Source: Chloropicon primus (lineage: Eukaryota). Taken from it: a DNA stretch of 64,000 nucleotides. This document shows, piece after piece, positions 9,260 through 20,599 of this stretch. The translations under genes and the position numbers were made by a program. The notes under the pieces were generated by a model. That model was not told the DNA's origin. It worked only from the letters and a program-made list of their open reading frames with translations, and searched no databases. How positions within the stretch are numbered: position 1 is the first letter of the stretch; each line of letters starts with the position of its first letter. The DNA lies in contig CP060755.1 of the NCBI GenBank assembly GCA_023205875.1, positions 1,178,001 to 1,242,000 on the forward strand, given 5' to 3'.

Positions 9260-10354
9260 ATGGTCGTCGTCGCGAACTCGACGTTCTCCGTCGATGACTC
9301 GAACTCGAACTCGCCTCGTCCTCCTTCTCCGCGACTCGTGCTCCGGGCGTCCCACCTCCTGGAGCGCCTGGAGGACCTCGGGGGCCTGGACGGCGGCCTG
9401 ACCGAGGAGGACCTCCTGGTGTCCCGCGAGGTGAGGGAGCCGTTCCGGACGCTGTGCGGGTCGCTGTGCTCCAGGGTGAGGGGGCTTTCCGCGGGGGGGC
9501 CGGAGAAGAGGCTCCGGGGGGCGCTCCACGCGGTGGAGAGGACCATCGGGAGCGAGGACGCGTCGGGCGGGGGGAGGCTGGACCGCTCGCTGACGAGGGT
9601 CGCGAAGGCCCTGAACGGGGCCTCCGCTTGCCGGGACCGGATCGACGTCCTGGAGGAGATCGTGCAGTACGTCCAGGCCTCGTCGCTCCTGCGGGCGGCG
9701 ACGGCGATGGAGGTGGACGACCCCGTTGCCGACCCCGTCGCCCTCTCGGCCTCGGTCCGCGAGCTGGCGGGCGTCCTCACCCCCTCCTCGGCGTCCTCCT
9801 CGGCGTCCTCCTGCCTCTCCTCCTGCAGGGCGGCCCTGGCCTCCCTCGTGGCCGCGGGCGCCGCCGACCACGCGTCGCCCCTGCCGCCCGTGCTGGACAG
9901 GTCCAAGTTCAGCGACTCCCAGCTGGGGCTGCTGGAGAGGGTCAACGCCGCGATGCACGCCGAGTACAAGGTCAGGAGGCAGACCCTGAGCAAGAGGGCG
10001 GCGGTCACCCTGCAGAGCTTGCAGCACTCGAGCCGGATTCGAAAGGACCAGGGCGAGGAGGTCAGGAGAATCATAGAGGGCGGGATCGCCAAGATGGGGG
10101 ACGAGCCCCGCGTGAACTTCCAAAGCCTGTTCGCCGTGAGGGAGGTGGACCTGCAGGACCTGCAGTCCAAGATCACGCACGGGGGCCTGAGGAACTTCAA
10201 GTCCTCGGTGAAGGGCGTGATCATCGGCAAGGTGCCGGACCGGGGAGGCAGGGTCAGCGACAAGAGGTCGTCGAACTCGATGCCGGAGTGGGCCCCGAGG
10301 AGGTCGAACAACAACAGCAAAGGCAACAACAAGAGGAAGCAGCAAAAGCAGTGA
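9260..10354 (+). CDS. FAM98: FAM98 family protein
   Basis: EYKVRRQTLSKRAAVTLQS and IGKVPDRGGR match the conserved FAM98 motifs (EY..RR..L.KR..VT..SF; G.VPDRGGR). Confidence 0.8.
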   Translation: MVVVANSTFSVDDSNSNSPRPPSPRLVLRASHLLERLEDLGGLDGGLTEEDLLVSREVREPFRTLCGSLCSRVRGLSAGGPEKRLRGALHAVERTIGSEDASGGGRLDRSLTRVAKALNGASACRDRIDVLEEIVQYVQASSLLRAATAMEVDDPVADPVALSASVRELAGVLTPSSASSSASSCLSSCRAALASLVAAGAADHASPLPPVLDRSKFSDSQLGLLERVNAAMHAEYKVRRQTLSKRAAVTLQSLQHSSRIRKDQGEEVRRIIEGGIAKMGDEPRVNFQSLFAVREVDLQDLQSKITHGGLRNFKSSVKGVIIGKVPDRGGRVSDKRSSNSMPEWAPRRSNNNSKGNNKRKQQKQ

Positions 10355-10437
10355 CGTGCGCGACAAGAACAGATGTTCCTTGTCCCACGTTTTTCCTCAT
10401 CCATACTTGACTGTGAACTCAATATTTAAACCGCAAT

Positions 10438-10689
10438 TTAATAATCGTATCCGGTCAGGCTGAAGCCCCTTCCTATGTATTCTCCCACGCAGAACCAAGC
10501 GAAGACCTCCCCGGCGAACAGCAAACCCGTCGCGGCCTCGTTCGAGCTGAGCTCTCTCCAACCGCTAAGCTGCGCTTTCGTCAGCTGCCACTCCCTGGTA
10601 GCTTTGGCCCAGTTCGCTGGCAACCTAGGACAGGGCAACGAACGAGCGAGGTGAAACGGTCAGCCTCCAAGGTCGGCGCACGCGCACGA

Positions 10690-10727
<38 letters not shown>

Positions 10728-10963
10728 TCCACTCTTTCACTCTTTCACTCTCTTTTGTTCTCAATTCCCACTTACTCTGCAAGATGCGTGAAGATGTACT
10801 GCTTGGGCATGTCCACGAGCTTGGACTTGTCCTCGAGGACATACTTGGCGTTCGCCTCCATGACCTTCTTGTACTGGCTCTGAGCGTTGGAGCAAACAGT
10901 CTTGGACGCGACCTCGGCCAGCGACCTCGTGCTCTTCACCATACTACGCAGCGCACCCGACAT
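10438..10963 (-). CDS. ATP20: Mitochondrial ATP synthase subunit g; exons 10963-10776 and 10624-10438
   Basis: C-terminal GEVFAWFCVGEYIGRGFSLTGY motif. A GT..AG intron joins the two ORF halves in frame (GA|G = Glu). Confidence 0.93.
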
Positions 10964-11376
10964 GATGAATATGTATCTACTTTCGCGCCGTGGCAAGGCA
11001 GAGGGGGTCAAGTCAGGTCAGTATGCGTAATACGCGCGCGTGGCCTGCCTCCCTCCAAGAGACAGAGAGAGACAGAGACAGAGACAGAGACAGAGAAAGG
11101 GGATCTCTCCTAAACTTCGGCGGCTCCGGGGAAAAACAGAACAGAACTTCGAGCGACGAAAGAATTCCGCCGGCGGACGGAAGCGACGAGGCGCGCGCGC
11201 GCCCGCGCGGGGACCCACCTACCTCTCCCCTTGGAACCAACACCAACACGACTCCACACCTTCTCCGATCGACGAAACCCTGATTTCCCACCACCAGGAG
11301 CGGCGCGACCCAAGCCCAATGGAAAAATGTCGAGTTTTCAGAATCCCGGCATTATATCTATATCTATATATAATCT

Positions 11377-11535
11377 TTATATAATCTCAGGGTCAAGGTC
11401 ATTCTTCAGCTTCTGGTACACCCTCCTCTCCGCGTCGTCCTTGCTCTCCGACGCCTTTATCGTCTCCAGGTGCAGCATGTTGTTCTCCAGCACAACCCTC
11501 TCGTGCTCCTTGGTCAGTGCATCAAGCTTGTCCAT
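11377..11535 (-). CDS. 52-aa charged, helical-looking ORF overlapping the TBC stop codon; probably the frameshifted TBC C-terminus
   Basis: ATG overlaps TGA (TGATG). Reads MDKLDALTKEHERVVLENNMLHLETIKASESKDDAERRVYQKLKNDLDPEII with mostly G/C-ending codons like the neighbouring genes. Confidence 0.6.
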   Translation of the reverse strand: MDKLDALTKEHERVVLENNMLHLETIKASESKDDAERRVYQKLKNDLDPEII

Positions 11536-12764
11536 CACATCACATCATCACTTTGGTCATTCTCGCCGTCGTCCTTCCCCTGGCTCCTCCTCTCCCTCTT
11601 CTTCTGGGCGTACAAGTCGAGCATGGCCTCCACCTCGCTCTCGTACCTTATGGCGTACTTGATGATGACCTTGGACCGCATGGACCCGATCCCGTGGAAG
11701 GCCCTCCTCATGACCTGCTCGTTGTTGACGCAGGACCTGACCTCCTCCTTCATGAAGGTGATGAGGTCCCCGAGGTTGTCGCACTGCAGAATCTTGTCGT
11801 GGAGCAACCGGATGAACCCGAGGGACACCCTGTAAAAGATCTTGAAGCCCTCGAAGAGGAGGGAGTCCCATATCCTCGCGACCGTCTCCGACGGGAAGCT
11901 CCTCGAGAAGAGGCAGAGGAGCCACTCCGAGGTCACCAGGGACAGCTCGCACCCGAGGGACTCAAAGTGCTTGAAGACCTTTGGAAACTTGTTCTGCACC
12001 AGCCGGTCGAATATCTTTTGGCCCACGTGGCACCCCTTGAGGTCCTCTCCGTACGTGTTGGGGTACATCCTCTTCTGCACGATCGCCGTGAGCATCCAGA
12101 AGATGTCGTCCTCCGCCTTGCAGCCGCACACCAAGATCAGCATCCCCGCCACGAAGTTGAGGCCCTGGGCGTACCCAACGTCCGGGTGGACCAGGGCGAA
12201 GACGGACAGGACGTTCTTCAGGACCTCCGTCCCCTTGGGGCTCTGGAAGACTTCGTGGGCCGGGAAGGTCCTGTTTATGTCCCCCTCGATCTGCCTGGCG
12301 ACTTTCTCGTCGAGGTCCTTGGCGACCTTGGCCAGGAGGGCCGAGTAGGTGACCGGGCTCTTCCTCTTCTCCTCCGCCGCCCCGCACAAAACGAACCAGG
12401 CCCTCGGGCGCTCGCTGAAGGGGATTCCTCTCCTGCAAAGGTCTTTGATGAACCTCCACTCCTTCTTCGATATCGTCTCCTTCTCCCTGTCCACGAACTT
12501 GCCGAGAATGCGGTGTATGCGCTCCCTGTGAGCCTCCCAAGTGTTGCTGGACTCGTTGTAGCTCGCCAAGGTCGACTGGTAGGCCCTCTCCCTCTCGCTC
12601 CTCTCGTTCGCCTTGAAGACCACCTCGTGGGAGTAGTAATCGAGCTTAGCCCCTCCCGTGCCCCCGCCGTTCTCCTGGTCCCTGCTCCCGTGGACCGAAC
12701 TGGTGTGAGCCTCGGGAGGGCTTCCCGCAGTGGGCTCTGCCTCCTGGCTGGCCCCTCCACTCAT
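11535..12764 (-). CDS. TBC-domain Rab GTPase-activating protein
   Basis: RRGIP...RPRAW, QIEGDINRTFP (Arg finger), VGYAQGLNFVAG (Gln finger) and ARIWD motifs. First ATG at 12764. Confidence 0.95.
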   Translation of the reverse strand: MSGGASQEAEPTAGSPPEAHTSSVHGSRDQENGGGTGGAKLDYYSHEVVFKANERSERERAYQSTLASYNESSNTWEAHRERIHRILGKFVDREKETISKKEWRFIKDLCRRGIPFSERPRAWFVLCGAAEEKRKSPVTYSALLAKVAKDLDEKVARQIEGDINRTFPAHEVFQSPKGTEVLKNVLSVFALVHPDVGYAQGLNFVAGMLILVCGCKAEDDIFWMLTAIVQKRMYPNTYGEDLKGCHVGQKIFDRLVQNKFPKVFKHFESLGCELSLVTSEWLLCLFSRSFPSETVARIWDSLLFEGFKIFYRVSLGFIRLLHDKILQCDNLGDLITFMKEEVRSCVNNEQVMRRAFHGIGSMRSKVIIKYAIRYESEVEAMLDLYAQKKRERRSQGKDDGENDQSDDVM

Positions 12765-13365
12765 GATCGCGGGCGCAATCTCTGTCCCCGTCCTCAGCGG
12801 CGCGCACCAAATCACGCGTATCTTGGTCCGAACGCCAACACCTCCCGACGCACAACAACGCAAAGGGGGAACCACCAGGGCCAAATCACAAACACGACGT
12901 CGAGAGAGAATGCGGAGAGGTCTCGTTCGACTTGGCCACTGTCTGAACCAAGACCAGCTCCTCAGCCAGTCTCAATTCCCCCCGGCGAACCTCCAAGGCA
13001 CCCTCTTGCCGTCCCCTCGGCACTCACGGACCCTCTGCCCCACCAGGTGACCTAGCCTCTACCTTAATCCTAATCTATGTCCTGCCAATTACTTTCCCGC
13101 CGAAGCGGAGGAGGAGAAGCTCTTGGCGCGCGATCGCGATCGATCAGAGGACGGACGGGGGAACGGAGAGCGGAAGCGGAAGCGGGGAGAGGTGCTGGAG
13201 GAGTTTCGCGAGGTCGGAGCCACGTCTCGCGACGCTTTCGATCGGTGTCTCGGCTCGGTCGAAGAGTGCTGCGACGGACGGAGGGGTCGGAGAGCGGAGT
13301 GGGGAGAGAGAGAGACAGGGGGGGTCTTTGTGGTCTGTTTGTGTTGAGAGGACAGTCCCGTCGCC

Positions 13366-14442
13366 ATGGCAGAAGCAATAGTCGCGGGCGGAGGGGATGT
13401 CGCGATGGGCGAAGCGGGCGAGAACCCGTACGCAGAGGGGGACAGGGTTCTCATTCCCCAGCAGAACTTGGTATACGAGGCCAAGGTAAGGTGGAGACAC
13501 ATCTGAATCGAACGCAGGGGGCGGCGACGGTCCCCCACGGCTCTCCCGCGCCTGTCTTTGCAACTCGGACGGGAGATACTGAGTGTTTTCTCTGTTTTTC
13601 TCTGGGAACGGACTTACGAACGAACTTACGAACTTACGAACGCTCCCAGATCGAGAAGGTCGCGTACGACGCGAAGTCCGGCTTCAAGTACTTCGTTCAC
13701 TACATGGTAAGCGATCTGAACGTGAACAGGGAGCGAAAGTGCGGGAAGAGACTGACGGCTGACTCCTCTCGCTCCTCTGCGGCGACGCCAGGGCTGGAAC
13801 AAAAAGTACGACGAGTGGCTTTCCTACGCCTCGTTGAAGAAGTTCGACGAGAGCGTGAAACTCGCAAAGCCTTCTTTCAAAAAGGGAGGCAAGAAGGTTG
13901 AGGACGAGGACTACGAGAATATGGTAAGAGACAGCGCAAGATCGATAACTTGACTTTCCACCGCCGTAGCTCTAACGCCCAACTGCTGCTTCCGACAGGC
14001 GAAGATACCTCTTCCCAACGTCCTTAAAAACACCCTCGTCTCGGAGTGGGATGCCGTTGTCAGGGATAACAAGCTCATTCCTCTGCCGAAGAAGAAGCAC
14101 ACGGTAGCCCAGATTCTCGACCAGTACTGCGACTTGGTCGAGAGGAGAGAGCCGTGGCCAGAGATCGTCGACGGCCTGAAAGGGTACTTTGACAAGACGC
14201 TGCAGGCCATGCTGCTTTACCCCCAGGAGGTCAAGCAGGCTCAAGATCTTTTGAGGGATGGAAAGTCCGCCAGCGATGTTTACGGGGTGGAGCACCTCGT
14301 GCGTCTCTTTGTGAAGCTGCCGGAGATCCTCCCCTACACCAACTTGGACGAGGAGGGCCTGACTCAGCTTATCGCGAGGCTTCAAGCCGTTCTCAACTTC
14401 ATCAAGGAAAACGCCGATGTGTTCTACAGCCCTCTGAAATAA
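13366..14442 (+). CDS. MRG: MRG15/EAF3-family chromo-barrel plus MRG-domain protein; exons 13366-13485, 13650-13706, 13792-13923, 13999-14442
   Basis: Spliced product gives YEAKI...YFVHYMGWNKKYDEW (chromo barrel) and GLKGYFDKTL..MLLYPQE / SDVYGVEHLVRLFVKLP (MRG domain). Three phase-0 GT-AG introns. Confidence 0.93.
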
Positions 14443-14979
14443 GCGATGTGTCCACGACGCGCGCGCGCACACACACACGCACATATGTGACCATGTAATA
14501 CCACCGAGAAGCTTTGCCGCGAGGCCAGCCCCACCCTTTGTCTGTTGCCCAAAAATTTACTTTCTACCCCCACCCATCAAAATCGTCGATCATACCCTAC
14601 TTACGACTGGCTCGACGCCTCCCGACGGCGCCATCGAACATTGATATTGGTGGGGCAGGGAGAGAACGGCAGGAAAGATCGTCTTCATCTTCCTTGGAGG
14701 ACATCCCTTCCCCCAAAGTTCCCGCCTCCGGAAAAATATATATTTTTTTTTGGATTGGAGCTGGACTGCGGGGTTGGCGGGAGAGGGAGGATTCAAAGTG
14801 CGAGTGAGAGGAGAGACGAAGGGGAAGGTCCTGGCACGACACGAGGTGGAGGTGCGGGAGGGCAGGCAGGTGCAGCGCCGCGGAAGGGGGGTGGGCCTTT
14901 GGAGAGGAGGGGAGAGGAAGAAAGAGGAGATCTTGGAGTCTGACCGCTTTGCCAGCGGCGGGGAACCTGAAGGAACAAG

Positions 14980-17900
14980 ATGTCCTTAGCAGAGGGAATA
15001 ATACCAGTGCCCGGTAAGGAGAAGCAACGCCTCCTCGACTCGACTCGCTTGCCAGCAACCCAAGTTTCCTCCGAGGCTTTTTTGGCTGGAGCTCGGGGTC
15101 TGACTTTTCTTTTCCTTTCTTGTTCGGCAACGCAGAGGAGGGAGACCAAGAAGGAGGGCAAGGACAAGAGAGAGACCAGGAGGCAGAGGTGGCAACCACC
15201 ACCGCCACGGCAACTGAAGCGGACAGCGACGCTCAGGCGGACAACGAACTGGTGTTCTCCGCCGCAAAAGGAACCTCCAGGTCTTGGACGAGCTTGTTCT
15301 ACGGCACCGAGGCGGAGGCCAAAGTCCTCCGGAGCGGCGGCAGCGAGAACGACTCGGAAGAGGTCATACGGAACAGGGAGGATGAGGGGCTCTTCGTTCC
15401 GTCCGTTCCTACCGGAAGTAGCAAAAGGGTCAGGGACGAGATACTTGCGTCAAATGGGAAGACGTCGGCGTTATCTTGGTCGCACACGACCGCTCCTGTA
15501 GCCCTGCAACGCTTCGGGCCGTCGGAGGATCCAGCCTGTGTTTCTCGTCCGATGAGGAAGTTTGTGCCCAACAGCGAGCAGCTCAAAGTATACCACTCAA
15601 ACCCTCACACGGTGGTGGACGGAAGCATCGATGACCAGAGCTTCCAGCTTGACGTCCACGTCGGAAACGTGGAGTTCGGCTCCCACCCGCTGATGACTCA
15701 GGAGATGTACTTGACGGCCCAGTTGAAGAGGTTCTACAGAGACTACAAGAGGAGGGAGAGGGCAAACATGCTTGAGTTCTACAACAGGAAAATAATGACT
15801 CTCGAAGAGAATATCCTTGGGGCACGGGACGCCGCCCTCGGGGGGTGGGAGGATAGGCTGCCGCAAGAGAACGCGTCGTCTCTGTCGAATCTGAAACAGC
15901 TGGAGCTGAGCTTGATTGGTGCGAAGGAAAAGTTGATCCGGGAAAAGGACGAACTTAAGGGCATCTTCCAGAAGTTGGTGGACACGTACGAGAGGCTCTG
16001 CTCTGTGAGGAAAGGCAGCGGCTCCATAAACACGAACATTGAGCTGCAAGTTGTGGACGACCCCCCAGACCTGCGACAGGCGGAAGCAAGATTCAAGCTC
16101 GACTGCCGCTTGCTCGCAGCCGAAAAGGAGGACATTGTGGGCCTGGACAAGTTCTCAGACCTCTCGGGGGTGTCCTGCTCAATGAGGAAGCTCGATTGCA
16201 CTGCTATCTCTTACTTGAACCTGAAGCAGCAGTACGCTTCTCAAGTCGAAGAACTGAAGGAGTCTATCGCGGATGAGAACCAGCCTTCGCTGTCGAGAGC
16301 AGAGAGAAACGACATTGAGAGGAGGATCATCCTTGCCGAGCAGAAGATGGTGGAGCTTGGGGAATTTCCACAAAGAGTCAGCGTGAGCGACGAGATGTTC
16401 GTGGAGAGGGCGAGAGCTGCAGAGAGTGAGGCAAAGACTTTGTACGAGACGGTGCACACGCTTCCCAAGCAGAAGGTTATCCTTTTCGCGAGGAGTGACT
16501 CGCAGGAAACGCAGCAACCAGCGGAGAGCATCCTTACATTTGACCCCAGGAGCATGCAGAGGCTCAGGCTCAGTGCGAGGCTGCTGATCAATGACAAGGA
16601 GGTCGGGCAAACGGAGGAGCTCACCATGAATCCTGACTTTACGGTGGATTTCAACTGGTCTTTCAGTCTGCAGCTCTACAGGTGGCCAGAGAAGGCCAGG
16701 CTGCAAATTTACGAGCGTCAATCGATTCTTCAATCGAAGCACCTGATATCCGAGATAAAGCTTGGCATCCCCCTCGGGGACGGTGAGAACTTTGAGGACC
16801 TTCACCCTCTATCGTACGATTTCTCGGCCACCGTGCCGTACTCTCCGAATTGGTCGGTGGGTGACCAAACCCTGTACACGCACGGAGAAGTGTTTGTTCA
16901 TTGCAGGTGGGCGAATAAGATGGATAGGCTGCTCGCTGACAGGGACGATCTCGAAGGCGGCCTGCCCTTCGATGCGTCGATCAATCCTCTGTCTCACAAG
17001 GTGGCTCCCAAGCCCCCTCAGTATGTTACTGAGACCATGTCGAGATCATTGGAATTCAGGCAGAGCATTAAGAAGAACAAGGCGAGGTTGAGGGAGTGGC
17101 TGAAAAGCAACAAGATCGATCCCAATGACCCCAAGAACTTTGACTTTCTCTATTTGATTGACGCGGATGTCGATAGGCTCAACATCAGGGAAGGCAGCGG
17201 GTTCTACTCCGTGTCTCTGCCAGACGATGTGAAGCTTGAGCTGGACCCCCTCGTGGGAAGGAAGCGGCAAGTCTTGCTGCGCTCCCGCTGGGACAAGAGG
17301 CTCCCGAGGCTGAACGAGTCCTCAGATCCCTCGGGTCCTGTCCCCCTCGACGAGAGGGCCATAGCAATGCCAAACTCAGCGATCAACCAAGATCTCGCGA
17401 GCGCGGATCGCGCTTACAGCAAGAGGCGGTTCCAGGCCTCCAAGGTGGCTTCATCAAAGGAGGCGCTGGAGATCATAGAAAGGAGGAACACTAGAATTCA
17501 CAAGTTTCTCTTGAAGACGAAGAAGAAGATCAAGATGGCCAGGCTCGCGACACAGAAAATGAAGGAAATAAGGGTCGAGGACACGGTGAAAGAGGTGATC
17601 CTTCCAGAGATCAAGCTGGACCTCCGTTTCCTTAAAAATCTATTTGCTCCGAACAGAAAGCTGCGCCCAAAGCGCCGAGCTTTCAAGGACATTGCCATCG
17701 CTCCAGATGACGTTGAGATCGTAGTCGGGATAGAGAAAGGCATGCACCTTCCATCGAGGACCCAGGAAGCGGCGACCGACGCAACTGCGACGCCTAGCAA
17801 GACTTTACAGCCAAAGGTGAATATGAAGGTTGCGGCCGACCACAAATTGCTTCGGCCATACGTGGAGGTCATCTTCCAGGGCAAACGCAGTTACAGCCAC

Positions 17901-19433
17901 ATATCCGAGGGAATGAATCCTATATGGAATCACGAAGTCAGGTTTCCCTTCAGTTCCGTGTCGGGAAAGATAACCCCCTCGGTGCTGCTGAACAGCAAAG
18001 ACAGGGTGACTCTGAATATTTTTGATCTCAGTGACGAAGACTTGGGCAGTGAAGCCGAAGGTGGCTTGGAGTCAGGAAACGAAAAGAAGGCTCCAGGGAC
18101 TTTCATAGGTACAACCTCGGTGCCAGTGTCCTCGATTTACCGTGGCAGAATCTGCCAAGGCAATTTTCACCTGGATGTTCCAGTTGTGCTTCTGGGGTAC
18201 GACAGGGCCAAGAGTGACTGCGCCCTGTCTCTGTACTGCACTTTGCAGCCGAGCGTGTCTCCTCCAGAGGAGCCAAAGACCTCTCTGCTTTCGAGGGAGT
18301 CTGATGAGATCATGTCTCAGTCCGAGGTGTGGGTGGCGTACCTCAAGAGCCTGCGCCAGTGCAAGTACAGGGACTTCAAGCCCCTCGTGCCAAATTCTGA
18401 GAATATTCTGAATTTGATCACGAGGTACGTAAGCCCGCTCCCACTTCCTCCGGGATACGCTGCCGAGTCCACTCCGGACATGATGAGGGTCGCAAAGCTG
18501 GTGTCCTTGATTCCCCATGTCGACGCGCAGGAGGAGTTTGAGGACATCTCTGAAATTTGGCTCGGTTGCAGCGACTTCCTGTCCATGTGTGCCGGAGACA
18601 GCAAAGTCCACGCCATCACCCTGTGCAACTACTTCCTCACCTGCGGGCATGATGCCTACGTCGTTGTAGGCAAAAGCCATGCTCAGGCAAATGCATACTT
18701 TGTGTTGACCACGAATACGCCACAGGGTGAGGAGGAGAAGGCATCAAAGAGGTTCAAGTTTTGGAGCCCCTACACCGGGAGGTTCTACGCGAGCGATGAC
18801 TCGGGGAATGAGCTCGTGGCTGTCTCCATGATATTCAACTCCAAGAACATCTGGGCAAACATCCAGAGCCACGACGAGCCTTGGTACATGGAGTGGGGCG
18901 ACATGGAGAACGCGTCGGAGTGGCTACCATTCTTCAACGCCACGTTCACTGCAAAGGACGTGATCGCCACGAACCAGAAGATTCCAAAGTACTTCAAGTT
19001 CAACAGCATGTTCTTCATTGAGCTTGAAGCTTCCATCGAGCGCGAGATCATGAATGCGATAACGTCTGCCAGGACTTTCGAGTACACCCACTTCAATCGC
19101 CGGTGCAGCCGCATGATGAAGTCTTTGCTGCAGGATCTTTCTCAGACGGACTTGAGCGGCAGCATCACCAACGACGTGCTGGAATCCATAAAGAAGAAGC
19201 ATGATGAGGAGCTCTCGTCCATCGAGAGAATGTACCGCATTCATGGACAGCCGCTTTGCTTTCCCTTGACGTACATGAGCGAGATGCAGCAAGCCGTCCT
19301 GAACACTGGCGTCCACAAGGACTTTAGGAACGACGTCGAGATGGCGGTCGGCGTTCACGTTCAGTACACGGAAGTGAATTACATCTGCGCAATCTGGATC
19401 TACGTGGCGCGACTGAAGAAGTTGTGGAAGTGA
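14980..19433 (+). CDS. CC2D2A: Ciliary transition-zone protein CC2D2A/MKS6; exons 14980-15013 and 15136-19433
   Basis: F.SHPLM..E motif, N-terminal C2 (WPEK..LQIYE), IDPNDP.N, P.RKLRP.R, second C2 (RPYVEVIFQ...G.NPIWN), CEP76-like transglutaminase region (HAITLCNYF, NIWANIQ) and a terminal IWIYVA. A phase-1 intron joins the upstream ATG exon. Confidence 0.9.
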
Positions 19434-19476
19434 TGAGAACAAAATAAAATAAAACAAAACAAAAGTGAATCGTATC

Positions 19477-20371
19477 TTACTTGTGGTCGATACCTCTTTT
19501 GAGATCCTGCCAAGGATTGATTTCTTTGAACTCGTCGTTGTTCACCGAGAAGGTTTTCACCATTATGGTCGCCTCCTGCTGCTCGTGCATGGACCAAGGG
19601 CAGTCGCAGTTGCACACCCAGGGGCTCTTGAATTTCGTGCAGCCGCAATTTCGTCTTTTGCACGCGTGGGTGTTCGGATCGTGATCAACCCCTTTGTGCT
19701 TGCACTGGCAGCGAAGAATCCAAGACCCTTCTGCCACGATGTAGAAGAAGCCCTTGCAAGGGCACCCATTTTCGTTGCACTTCCTGCAGAGGAAGAGGCG
19801 GAGCGAAGAAAAAAGGTGTCAGAACCTGCACCGCAGCCACCACCACCAAGGCACTCCCTCGCCTCTTCCACGCGCCAACCCGTTTTACCTTTTGCCCTTG
19901 TCGTTGTGATACTTTAACCGGTGGCCGCATATGCACCTGGACTCCTCGCGGATCTGCAAGCACGGCTTCTGACAGCCATTACAAAACCTGAGGAGAAGAA
20001 GCTTGAAAAGTCAGTCACCCAGTTGGTCGTTGCGAACTTGGACACCTCGACACTTCGCGTACCATTGCAAGACTTTCTTCTCCTTGTACTGCTCCACGAT
20101 CTGAGTGTTCGGCTGCAACTCGGCAAGCTGCCGTCCTTCTGTGCTCTGGGCCGTCTCCCTCTTCCGGACCTTGACGAGGTAAAACACGCAGTAGATGGCG
20201 AAGACAAGTTGAAAGAAGAAAAAGAAAAGGGAGAGAGAGAGAGAGAGGGACAAGGAAAGTTCGACCTTTTAGTAAACAAGGCCCTCCTTCAAGCCTCCCC
20301 CGCGGCCCCTCCCACTCCGACTCTCTGAGAAGACCTACCTTCAGCTTCCCAAGAGCGCTGGTGAGCTCCAT
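19477..20371 (-). CDS. FAM221: FAM221-like Cys/His-rich protein, four exons
   Basis: Spliced product reads W.C..C.KPC..I...SRCICGHRLKYH...C....CPCKGFFYI...RCQCKH...HDP....C....C.C.KF.SPWVCNCD.PW..H. Three GT-AG introns maintain the frame. Confidence 0.78.
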
Positions 20372-20599
20372 CTTTGTGAAAAATTCTGCCTGTCACACCA
20401 TCAATTTGAAAACAAAGAGGAGGGGTCTGAGGCCAGGCCTGTGGAGCCGAGGGCGATGAGGACAACGCGGAGGGGGAGGAGGGGGTGAGGGATTCGCCTC
20501 GATGGTCGTGTTCTGATTCGGGCCGTCGCCGCCGTCGCCGTCGTCGTCGCCGTCGTTGTTCTTGTCCGGGTGGAGGGGGAGTTCAGGAGGGGAAGGACC

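Noticed and set aside
9131..10422. Two ~400-aa minus-strand ORFs
   Set aside because: Antisense to FAM98, which carries the conserved motifs.
13612..13642. ACTTACGA/ACGA repeats
   Set aside because: Short slippage repeats inside MRG intron 1 near the branch region, with no sign of independent function.
14540..14710. Possible snRNA (AAATTTTTG Sm-site-like motif on the minus strand) or a 35-aa ORF (MSSKEDEDD...)
   Set aside because: No U1/U2/U4/U5 consensus or flanking stems recognised, and the short ORF has no supporting motif.
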